From: Bacteroidales bacterium
GTDB taxonomy: Bacteria > Bacteroidota > Bacteroidia > Bacteroidales > UBA1715
Length of the DNA: 64,000 nt
Assembly (NCBI GenBank): GCA_024409235.1
Contig: JAKSUA010000005.1
Location: forward strand, 18,284 to 82,283
Reading direction: 5' to 3'
Positions 47,528-55,538 of this stretch are shown here, piece after piece. Numbering within the stretch: the first letter of the stretch is position 1; each line of letters begins with the position of its first letter. The translations under genes and the position numbers were made by a program. The notes under the pieces were generated by a model that saw only the letters and a program-made list of their open reading frames with translations, had not been told where the DNA came from and made no database searches.

Positions 47528-48172
47528 TTATTTGAACAATTTCAAATAAGTATGCACCAACATTTTATGAATTTTCAACGCGTCATCTAATTGTTTCGGC
47601 GTTACATCAGGATTATTTTCTTCAAAATCCTGGCAAATCTCCGAAAGAAATTCATCACCATTAAAATTTTCAAAAGTATCATCTACTTTCACAACCACAT
47701 TATACGCCAGCATTGGAAGTATTTTATTCGCAAGACGCATTGCCACAACACGTTCCTCCGACGACATCACAGTTTTTGAACACAAATCCGCCAGCGTATC
47801 CACATAATAATCTGAACACGAAGTCAATAACATAATCTGTGTATGCAAAGCATTAAAATAATCGGAGGTTTTCTTATTTTCCGAAGATTCACATAATTCA
47901 ATTGCTCTTTGAGAAAACACTAAAGCCATCTGCAACATTTTCAGTTCATCTTCCTCTTCCTCCACCATGTCGTAATGATGCATCACCAACAATGACTTTG
48001 CAACCTTCCATATTTCCACATTATTCCACAGCAACTGCGGACAACGCATAGTTGACTCATACACAAAAGGTAAAATATGCTGTGCTTTTGCCTGTTTTCC
48101 CTCATTTGAGAACTCCAACACTTTATTTATTACCGCAAGCAGCACAGCTTCCGGATTATCCTGATTCACCAT
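47528..48172 (-). CDS. Hypothetical all-helical acidic protein, translationally coupled to the cyclase-HD gene
   Basis: 214-aa ORF with no TM, signal peptide or recognised motif. Its ATG overlaps the upstream stop by 1 nt (TAATG). Confidence 0.6.
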   Translation of the reverse strand: MVNQDNPEAVLLAVINKVLEFSNEGKQAKAQHILPFVYESTMRCPQLLWNNVEIWKVAKSLLVMHHYDMVEEEEDELKMLQMALVFSQRAIELCESSENKKTSDYFNALHTQIMLLTSCSDYYVDTLADLCSKTVMSSEERVVAMRLANKILPMLAYNVVVKVDDTFENFNGDEFLSEICQDFEENNPDVTPKQLDDALKIHKMLVHTYLKLFK

Positions 48173-49500
48173 TATTTTATTAGATTTTGTAAACGTTTTA
48201 TTTGTTTTTGTTTATTGACTTCACGATTATTTTTAGCAAAGTTTGTAAAATAAGTATGTCCCGAGATAAACTTTATCTGTTGCTTATTCCACGTGTTTTT
48301 ATCACTGACGATATTTTGAGAATGTAACTCGTCATACAAGGTATCCGAAACAGGAATAAAATCCGAACGGCCAAGATAATCCAGATCAGCATCGCACATA
48401 ATACACTCCAATAATGTTTTCGGATTTGGCGGCAGTTGAGTTGCCATTATAAGTGTGCATACTTTTTCTATCTGCTCCTGTGAATACTGATATCTTGGAA
48501 GAATTTCACGGGCAAATTCACAACTGATATTTTCATGATTTTTTGCCTGTACAATATGTCCCATATCGTGCAGCAAGGCAGCTGTTCTTAATAACAGCAT
48601 GTCCTCATCGTCATTCACATTTTCTGCAGTCGCAATTACCTCAACACCTACAAGAACATCCATTGTATGTTTCACATTGTGATAATGCACAAAAGGAGGC
48701 AATTCTGTTTCCAGACGGTTCAGCACATATTCCTCCAAATCAGGGAAACGGACCCGTGCCAGACGCACGAAGAACTTATGATTTGGTAATTGAAGTTTCA
48801 CATCATCGGTATATTTCTGAGCAAAACCAGTTACCTCGTACATATTTACCACACCAGTATATTTCACTGGAAGTGCACCGACAAGTTTACAAGAAAACAT
48901 ATCCCGAAGAAAGCCATACGTCATTTCGGAAATCATAATTTTCCCGGCCTTAGAACAAGACTCTATTCTGCAGGCAATATTTGCCGCATCACCCTTCAAT
49001 GAATATCTTTTGTTTTTCTTACCAGAAATAGTTGCTGCAACAGGACCAGTATGAATTCCCAAACGGATGTTCCATATATTATTCTTGTTCTGCATATAGC
49101 GGACAATTTCCATAGCAGCAAGAATCATTTCGATAGGATTGGTACAATTTTTTTCTGGAATGCCACCGGCACACATATAAGAATCGCCAATGGATTTTAC
49201 TTTTCTGATATTGTACTTTTCTACGATTTTATCAATATCAAACCAGATACCATCTAATTCATCGACCAAATCTGGAGCATTTTCAACATTTTCCAAATGT
49301 TCGAATCCAACAATGTTTGCATACATCACAGTTACCATCTTAAACCGACGGCTATGCAGTTCATCAGAATTTGTAACTGGTTCAGATTCAGCATTTTTCA
49401 ACTGCTGTAACTGAACATTTGCATCATCTAGCAAACGTTTCAGATGTTCTATTTCATCACGAAGTCTCTGATTTTCTTTTTCTAAATCCAAGATTTCCAT
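48172..49500 (-). CDS. Coiled coil + class III nucleotidyl cyclase domain + HD (PDE-like) phosphohydrolase domain protein
   Basis: Cyclase core: VTVMYANIVGF, KSIGDSYMCAGG, RLGIHTGPVAATISG, KGDAANIACRIES. HD domain: HYHNVKHTMDV, AALLHDMGH, CDADLDYLG. Confidence 0.85.
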   Translation of the reverse strand: MEILDLEKENQRLRDEIEHLKRLLDDANVQLQQLKNAESEPVTNSDELHSRRFKMVTVMYANIVGFEHLENVENAPDLVDELDGIWFDIDKIVEKYNIRKVKSIGDSYMCAGGIPEKNCTNPIEMILAAMEIVRYMQNKNNIWNIRLGIHTGPVAATISGKKNKRYSLKGDAANIACRIESCSKAGKIMISEMTYGFLRDMFSCKLVGALPVKYTGVVNMYEVTGFAQKYTDDVKLQLPNHKFFVRLARVRFPDLEEYVLNRLETELPPFVHYHNVKHTMDVLVGVEVIATAENVNDDEDMLLLRTAALLHDMGHIVQAKNHENISCEFAREILPRYQYSQEQIEKVCTLIMATQLPPNPKTLLECIMCDADLDYLGRSDFIPVSDTLYDELHSQNIVSDKNTWNKQQIKFISGHTYFTNFAKNNREVNKQKQIKRLQNLIK

Positions 49501-49557
49501 ACCTAAACAAAATTGTTTGAAAAGTACGGATTTTTAAGCAATAAAAAGTCGTTCTTT

Positions 49558-50502
49558 TTATGATTTCTTATGAAAAATCCACGCTTTTTTAAAAACCTGA
49601 CCTTTCTGAAGATTATCAACAAAATGTACGGCATCTTCTTTTCTCTCAAATGCAGCTAAATACACTTTATTTTTTTCTCCTTTTATGATTCCCGCATTAT
49701 ACTTTTCTGCCTTCAATCTTTTCACATAACGCTCGGCATTAGCAATGTCGGAAAATGTTCCTGCTATTACATAATATTCAGTTTCAACAGATTCAATAGT
49801 TCCTGCATTTTCGGAAACTGATACTGTTTCAGTCACAAGAGAACTATTTTCACTATTATTCACCGAAGGTTTAAAAGTATGAGGGCGAGGCATTTCCGGT
49901 TCTACAAAATCAACCGAAACCTCCGTTTTGCGAAACATTGATGCAAAATCTGCATTTTGCGACACCTGCAAAATACTTGGAATCAACATGGCTCCAAACA
50001 AAATGGGCGACGCTAAAAAAAGTGTTTTTACAACACCAGCAACACCATTAAAAGATTTATTTTCTAGTTCAGGCTTTTTTTTTTCGACTTCCGATATTTT
50101 CTGTATCGAAAATCCCTTCAGACCGAATGTTTCAGGAAAGCTATCGGGAAGCAACAAAGAGACAAAAGTGCCGTCTTCATGCAAGGTTCCAACACCTTCT
50201 AATGAAAAACTGCCATTTTTCTTCACTTCATTTTTCACTTTCAGCGAAAATAAAGAAATTTTCTTCAACGCTTCGTCTTGAGAGCATTTCGCTGCTCTCG
50301 AAACAGCGCTCGTCAGAATCAAATCCTTAGTACATTCAGTAGAAAAAACAACATTTCTCTGCGGTGGATTGAAGTCAATCTGCTCAGTTTTAACCAAGCG
50401 TGCAGGCTGATATTGCAATGAAAAAGTTCCTAGTCCCGAAACAGACACCTTTCCTTCTTCATATAAAACCGAACGTATAAGAGATTCTAAATTCATAACC
50501 AT
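49558..50502 (-). CDS. HU-like N-terminal domain / SPOR C-terminal domain protein
   Basis: N-terminal LIRSVLYEEGKVSVSGLGTFSL (HU-CCDC81-like), a central TM, and a C-terminal YYVIAGTFSDIANAERYVKRLKAEKYNAGII (SPOR). Confidence 0.8.
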   Translation of the reverse strand: MVMNLESLIRSVLYEEGKVSVSGLGTFSLQYQPARLVKTEQIDFNPPQRNVVFSTECTKDLILTSAVSRAAKCSQDEALKKISLFSLKVKNEVKKNGSFSLEGVGTLHEDGTFVSLLLPDSFPETFGLKGFSIQKISEVEKKKPELENKSFNGVAGVVKTLFLASPILFGAMLIPSILQVSQNADFASMFRKTEVSVDFVEPEMPRPHTFKPSVNNSENSSLVTETVSVSENAGTIESVETEYYVIAGTFSDIANAERYVKRLKAEKYNAGIIKGEKNKVYLAAFERKEDAVHFVDNLQKGQVFKKAWIFHKKS

Positions 50503-50513
50503 TTTTATGATTA

Positions 50514-50521
50514 CAAATTTA
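50514..50521 (-). promoter_or_regulatory. Bacteroidota -7 promoter box TAAATTTG (minus strand)
   Basis: Reverse complement of caaattta, 11 nt upstream of the 50502 ATG. Confidence 0.4.
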
Positions 50522-50597
50522 TCGAGACTGCAATTCGGGTTTGCAAAGTTTCTGTTTTAGTTATCAATCAGTTATCAACACAACTAAACTGACACTT

Positions 50598-51617
50598 TTA
50601 TCTCACTACAATGCCGTCAGTTTTATACGTTGCCAAAGAATCTCCCACAGCAAAAATCATCAAAGCATCGAATTCAGGATGTTTCCGGAAAAATTCTTTA
50701 GACTTTTCGACACCCATAGCCATACAAGCGGTTGCGATTGCGTCAGCGTCAATACATTCGTCAGCAACCACCGTTATACTTAACAAATCTGTCGGAATCG
50801 ACTGGCCTGTAATAGGGTTTACCGTATGAGCATATTTTTGTCCATGAGCATAAAAGAACTTTCTATAATTACCCGACGTTGCTAAAGACTTGTTATCCAA
50901 CACAATTGCAATTTCCGACTGCATTTCTACAGGAAGACTGTCGATACCTTCTTCCGGGCGGGTAATTCCAATGGTCCACTTCACTCCACGTGAATTTACG
51001 CCTTTTGTTCTCATTTCACTTCCCACGTCAACTAAATAGTTTTCCACGCCAAGCGAATCCAAATAAAAAGCAATTAAATCAGTGGAAAATCCCTGGGCAT
51101 TAGCATTTCCCGTGATTTGCACACGCGGATCTGCTTTTACGCACTTATCACCTTCCAGCCATATTTTATTGATGCCGACAAAGTTTAAAATGCTATCAAG
51201 CTGTCCCTGTGAAGGGAGATTATCACCTGTAACCTCCGGACCAAAACGCCATGCTTTTACAAGAGGTCCAACAGTAATGTCGAATAAACCATCCGTCATC
51301 TCCGAAATGCGTTTTGACTGTTCTAGAAAATGTTTGAACTGTTCATTTACAACAACAGAACTGTCGTTATTATTAATCCGTGAAATCACAGACTCTTGTA
51401 TATACACACTGAAAGTAGTGTCGAATTTTTTCAGAATAAAATCAAATTCATCTTTACGAATTTTTGAATCTTCGTAAACCACACGATAATAAGTGCCTTG
51501 CGCAAGTCCTGTTACTTCGTAATATTTTTTTTCTGCTGTTTTGCATGAACAGAAAAATAAAACAGCGACAACTCCTAAGAGATATCGCTGTATATTTTTA
51601 TTGTGAAATATCTTCAT
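50598..51617 (-). CDS. apbE: FAD:protein FMN transferase (lipoprotein)
   Basis: Lipobox LFFCSC, ATSGNYRKFF, HTVNPITGQ, DADAIATA. The ATG at 51617 gives a proper signal peptide; the ORF-track 51656 start is TTG. Confidence 0.9.
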   Translation of the reverse strand: MKIFHNKNIQRYLLGVVAVLFFCSCKTAEKKYYEVTGLAQGTYYRVVYEDSKIRKDEFDFILKKFDTTFSVYIQESVISRINNNDSSVVVNEQFKHFLEQSKRISEMTDGLFDITVGPLVKAWRFGPEVTGDNLPSQGQLDSILNFVGINKIWLEGDKCVKADPRVQITGNANAQGFSTDLIAFYLDSLGVENYLVDVGSEMRTKGVNSRGVKWTIGITRPEEGIDSLPVEMQSEIAIVLDNKSLATSGNYRKFFYAHGQKYAHTVNPITGQSIPTDLLSITVVADECIDADAIATACMAMGVEKSKEFFRKHPEFDALMIFAVGDSLATYKTDGIVVR

Positions 51618-51618
51618 T

Positions 51619-52395
51619 TTAAGGTCGTTTAATGATTCCATTTGGAGAATTTTCAATGAAATTTAGAATCAAATCGCGTTCTTCCGACTGAGGAATCTGC
51701 TGACGAACCATTTCTAAGGCATCTTTCATCAATACACCTTTTTGTAAGAATATCAATCGGTAAATTTCCTGAATTTCGCGAATCTTTTCTTCAGAAAAAC
51801 CTCTACGTGAAAGTCCAACTGAATTTACCCCAACATATTGAATAGGTTCTTCCGCTGCTTTCACAAATGGAGGTACATTTTTTCTAATGAACGTTCCACC
51901 GCCAATAAAAGAATGGTCACCGATTACCATAAATTGCTGAGCACCAGTTTTACCTTCGATAATCACATGATTTCCAACAATGCAATGACCTGAAAGAGCT
52001 GCATAATTAGCAAAAATGCAGTTATTTCCAACTATACAGTCATGTGCAATATGAACATAACCCATTAAAAGACAGTTGCTTCCAACCACAGTCTTCATTT
52101 TATCGACAGTACCACGGTGAATAGTTACACATTCACGTATAACAGTATTGTCGCCGATTTCAGTAGTTGTATGTTCTCCAGCAAATTTTAAATCCTGTGG
52201 TACAGCAGAAATAACGGAACCTGGGAAAATATGACAATTTTTCCCAATTCTCGCACCAGGCATAATTGTAACATTTGGCTCTATTATAGTTCCGTCACCA
52301 ATTTCCACATCGTCATAAATGTATGAAAAAGGCTTCACAACAACATTCTTTCCTAATTTTGCTTTTGGATCAATAAATGCTAAAGGTTGTTCCAT
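51619..52395 (-). CDS. lpxA: Acyl-ACP--UDP-N-acetylglucosamine O-acyltransferase
   Basis: Hexapeptide repeats (IAHDCIVGNNCIFANYAALSGHCIVGNHVIIEG) and a helical C-terminal domain (GLSRRGFSEEKI). ATG at 52395. Confidence 0.95.
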   Translation of the reverse strand: MEQPLAFIDPKAKLGKNVVVKPFSYIYDDVEIGDGTIIEPNVTIMPGARIGKNCHIFPGSVISAVPQDLKFAGEHTTTEIGDNTVIRECVTIHRGTVDKMKTVVGSNCLLMGYVHIAHDCIVGNNCIFANYAALSGHCIVGNHVIIEGKTGAQQFMVIGDHSFIGGGTFIRKNVPPFVKAAEEPIQYVGVNSVGLSRRGFSEEKIREIQEIYRLIFLQKGVLMKDALEMVRQQIPQSEERDLILNFIENSPNGIIKRP

Positions 52396-52417
52396 TTTAT
52401 TAGTTTTTCTATCCAAA

Positions 52418-53329
52418 TTATTTTATCTGTTTACGAAGAATCTTTGCAAACTCCGTATTTGCCTTATGTCCTGGAATTGTTGCAATTACATGTGCTTTTA
52501 TCGGTTTTCCAACCAACCACAAATCACCAATTAAATCCAACAATTTATGACGTGCAGGTTCATTTTCGAACGACATCGGAGTATTGTTCAGAAGACCTTC
52601 TTTCTTTACCTCCAAACCAGTTTTATTGAATAAAGCAGCCAAACGTGCTACTTCTTCCTGCGACACCGGACGGTCAACAAAAACAAGTGCGTTGTCCAAA
52701 TCACCACCTTTTATAAGATTAGCGGCAAGCATCATCTCGATTTCGCGCAAAAAGCAGAATGTTTTGCAACAAGCTATTTCCGTACCGAAATCTTTCAAGT
52801 CGTTTAAACTTGCATATTGATGACGAAGCATGAAAGAATCATAACTTATTTTCACATCCAATCTAAATGTATCGCAAGGATAGGCAATAATTTCTACACC
52901 ACGCTCAGGTTCAACGTATGTTGTTTTTTCTTTAACCTCTAAATATTCAACATCAGCATCCTGTTCTACCGTACCTACTTTCTGAATTTCATCAAAAAAC
53001 GGTTTTGCACTTCCGTTCAGAATAGGAACTTCGGGTCCATCAACTTCAATCACTGCATTATTTACATGCAATGAATGGAACGACGCCATTAAATGCTCTA
53101 TAGTACTTACAACGACACCATTCACACCTATCACAGTTCCACGAGCTGTATCAACCACATTTTCTGCAATAGCTGGAATCACAGGAACACCTTCTATGTC
53201 AATTCTTTTAAAATTAATTCCCGTATTAGGCTCTGCCGGATATACCGTAGCTGTTACAGTCTTGCCTGTGTGCAGTCCTTTTCCGGAAAAAGATACCTTT
53301 TGAGCTATAGTACGTTGTCTTTCTGCCAT
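52418..53329 (-). CDS. lpxC: UDP-3-O-acyl-N-acetylglucosamine deacetylase (stand-alone, no FabZ domain)
   Basis: QRTIAQKVSFSGKGLHTGK, TIEHLMASF, HKLLDLIGDL, GHKANTEF. 303 aa, ending 22 nt before the lpxA ATG. Confidence 0.95.
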   Translation of the reverse strand: MAERQRTIAQKVSFSGKGLHTGKTVTATVYPAEPNTGINFKRIDIEGVPVIPAIAENVVDTARGTVIGVNGVVVSTIEHLMASFHSLHVNNAVIEVDGPEVPILNGSAKPFFDEIQKVGTVEQDADVEYLEVKEKTTYVEPERGVEIIAYPCDTFRLDVKISYDSFMLRHQYASLNDLKDFGTEIACCKTFCFLREIEMMLAANLIKGGDLDNALVFVDRPVSQEEVARLAALFNKTGLEVKKEGLLNNTPMSFENEPARHKLLDLIGDLWLVGKPIKAHVIATIPGHKANTEFAKILRKQIK

Positions 53330-53348
53330 ATTATAAATTTTAGCCGTG

Positions 53349-53356
53349 CAAAAATA
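53349..53356 (-). promoter_or_regulatory. Bacteroidota -7 promoter box TATTTTTG (minus strand)
   Basis: Reverse complement of caaaaata, 19 nt upstream of the lpxC ATG. Confidence 0.45.
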
Positions 53357-53427
53357 TAAAATTCCTTTAAAATAAAAACAAGAAATAATACTCGTATATT
53401 TGTTTTGTTCTGTTGTTCTTTATTTTT

Positions 53428-53435
53428 TACATTTG
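53428..53435 (+). promoter_or_regulatory. Bacteroidota -7 promoter box TACATTTG
   Basis: Matches TAnnTTTG, 8 nt before the 53444 ATG. Confidence 0.45.
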
Positions 53436-53443
53436 ACATTGAT

Positions 53444-54148
53444 ATGAAACGTTTTTTACCATACTGTTTAGCCTTGTTTATCTGTTTTTCATGCCAGAAA
53501 GAACAGATAAAAAAAGACTTCTCCTGGTCTGACTATTATCCTATTGCAATAGGAAATGAAAGAATCTACGAATACACGAACATAAGAATAGATTTACCTG
53601 CCGGCATAAAAGACACCGACATTTTCTTCATAAAAGAAAAAACTATTTCTCTTTTATCCCACACTAACGAATGTGAAGTTTTCGCAATAAACAAATTCAA
53701 AAGTTCCTCGGAATCAGGACCATGGGAAGATTTTTCATCAATGAGCATTCAGCAGTATGCTCATTCTATTGTAACCGTAGAGGAAAACATACCATATCAG
53801 ATTCTCAGATTCCCAGCCAAATACGACTATTCCTGGGATTTGAATTTATACAACACCGATTTGGAAAAATCAATCTATTATAAAAAAATAAACATGCAGG
53901 ACACGATTTTCAACGTGGTCTATGACTCAGTGCTTATTGTTTTACAGGATGATTTCAAGTCTTTATATACCTATCAATTTGCGGAAGACCATTTTGCTAA
54001 GAATTTTGGTCTAATCTATAGGCAACGGATTGATGTTGAATCGCAGCCAAACCACGCTAAGATTGATTTAAGCCTGCCTATTGAGAAACGAATAACAAAA
54101 GGTACTATCTCTACCTGCCGCTTGGTTAATGCAGAAATACAACAATGA
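53444..54148 (+). CDS. Hypothetical lipoprotein
   Basis: MKRFLPYCLALFICFSCQ lipoprotein signal, with a TACATTTG box 8 nt upstream. No family recognised. Confidence 0.6.
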   Translation: MKRFLPYCLALFICFSCQKEQIKKDFSWSDYYPIAIGNERIYEYTNIRIDLPAGIKDTDIFFIKEKTISLLSHTNECEVFAINKFKSSSESGPWEDFSSMSIQQYAHSIVTVEENIPYQILRFPAKYDYSWDLNLYNTDLEKSIYYKKINMQDTIFNVVYDSVLIVLQDDFKSLYTYQFAEDHFAKNFGLIYRQRIDVESQPNHAKIDLSLPIEKRITKGTISTCRLVNAEIQQ

Positions 54149-55218
54149 AGAAATTGTTTTCCATAATATGCATTTCTTTGTTATTAGGAATCTGTTTCGA
54201 TTCTTTCTGCCAACCGTATGTGGTTTATGATACTATTCCTATCAAACATGGCACAAACAAACTCCGACTGTATAGAAACATTAACAAATGGTTTGAAAAA
54301 GAAAAGGGACAGAAACTTCTTGCAAAAAACCGCAAGGAACTGAAATTCAAAGGAAAAGGTTATTTTCCCTATGCAAACTACATCCATATTCCCGACATTT
54401 ATCTTTCGTCACATGCGGCAGAAAAAACAAAAGGAAATATTGTGTTTTCAATCAGCATTGAAATTCAGGATTCAATAATAATTACAAAATTCTCGAATTT
54501 TATTCACGAAGCTCGTTACACCGAATACGGAAGCACATCGTTCGGGCGCCTGATGGATTACGACAAAGTTCCTTCGGGAAAATGCATGGAAGTGGAAGAA
54601 TGGTGTAATGCTGTATGGGACGACATGAAAGCATGGGCATACTATGAAACAAAAACTCGTGCTAAACGCATGATTCCAAGCACATTAATTCGTAAAAGAA
54701 CATTTAAGGTAGAAGAGGAAAAACAGCTGGAACCTCCCAAAACAAAGCCTTACGATCCTTCGGAATATTTAAAATTAGAGAACTATCTTATAAAAGATAC
54801 AGAAGGGAAATATGCTGATTACAACAAAGATCCAGAAGAAATTGCGGCAGAAAAAGCGGCTGCGGCGGCAGCTTTAGCCGAAAAAGAGAAAAAGAAAGAA
54901 AAGAACGAAGAAACTGAACCGAAAGAAGATTTTGTTGAAGAAGAAACAGCTAATGAACCTGATTCTGATAAAACAGTGGAAGAAACTCCTGCGGCAGCAA
55001 AGCAAAAACCTGCGGCTGAAGAAAAGAAAAAGACAAAGAAATCTAAACCTGCCGACGAGTACGACGATGCTGACGACAGCGACGAAGACGACGAACCTGT
55101 CAAAGAAAAAGTGACAAAAGAAAAGACTGCAAAAGAAAAATCAGCAAAACCGGCAAAAGAAAAGAAGCCGAAGAAAGACGACTTCGACTATGATGACTAC
55201 GACGATTATGATGATTAA
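54145..55218 (+). CDS. Secreted protein with compact N-terminal domain (DUF4468-like?) and about 130-aa highly charged low-complexity tail
   Basis: Signal peptide; FSISIEIQDSIIITKFSNFIHEA is reminiscent of DUF4468. The tail is A/E/K-rich and ends DDFDYDDYDDYDD. Has an ATGA overlap with the upstream gene. Confidence 0.65.
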   Translation: MKKLFSIICISLLLGICFDSFCQPYVVYDTIPIKHGTNKLRLYRNINKWFEKEKGQKLLAKNRKELKFKGKGYFPYANYIHIPDIYLSSHAAEKTKGNIVFSISIEIQDSIIITKFSNFIHEARYTEYGSTSFGRLMDYDKVPSGKCMEVEEWCNAVWDDMKAWAYYETKTRAKRMIPSTLIRKRTFKVEEEKQLEPPKTKPYDPSEYLKLENYLIKDTEGKYADYNKDPEEIAAEKAAAAAALAEKEKKKEKNEETEPKEDFVEEETANEPDSDKTVEETPAAAKQKPAAEEKKKTKKSKPADEYDDADDSDEDDEPVKEKVTKEKTAKEKSAKPAKEKKPKKDDFDYDDYDDYDD

Positions 55219-55229
55219 CAAATATTTTT

Positions 55230-55440
55230 CCGGGGAATAAAATGACCGCACGGCAGGGTTCTGCAGTTTGTGGTCACTTCGTGGATGGAAACCGCAGAGG
55301 ATAGCGTTTGCTTGGAATTGGATTGGAAAGACTTGATTATTATGAACCCAGAACAGGGCGAACAGATCGTCCGTCTTAGCGGCAACCGTCGCTCTTGCCC
55401 ACATAGCGGCGGAGGCTCAACTTTATCACACGCATAAAAG
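55230..55440. other. G+C-rich structured spacer between convergent genes: candidate small RNA and/or 50-codon ORF
   Basis: Visibly more G/C than the flanks (by eye). Multiple local hairpins and no long ORF with protein-like composition. Neither strand matched the tRNA, tmRNA, RNase P, SRP or cobalamin-riboswitch signatures I know. Confidence 0.25.
55243..55276 (+). terminator. Strong stem-loop 25 nt after the stop of 54145-55218 (no U tract)
   Basis: UGACCGCA (55243-55250) pairs with UGUGGUCA (55269-55276). An inner GCAG/CUGC stem carries a GGUU loop. It may be a factor-dependent or U-less terminator, or part of a larger RNA. Confidence 0.35.
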
Positions 55441-55538
55441 CTAGTCAAAACAGCACTAAGCAAAAGCAACACTCTCAAATTTAAAACAAAACACGTTTTT
55501 CCATAACTTCTTTTTAGAGATACGTTAATAGATATGTA

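Noticed and set aside
47528-49500. Cyclase gene pair as a Pycsar/CBASS-type antiphage system.
   Set aside because: The partner has no TM, TIR, nuclease, patatin or cNMP-binding motif that I can see. The cyclase carries its own HD domain and a coiled coil typical of signalling proteins, and the flanks are core genes. It is kept as a signalling-module finding instead.
55141-55478. Two overlapping 87-aa minus-strand ORFs in the GC-rich spacer. One begins with a lipoprotein-like MRVLLLLSAVLTSFYAC.
   Set aside because: The start is TTG. The remainder is Cys/Arg/Pro-rich and not protein-like. One ORF runs antisense into the 3' end of the upstream CDS. The region is better treated as a non-coding or micro-ORF candidate (see finding).
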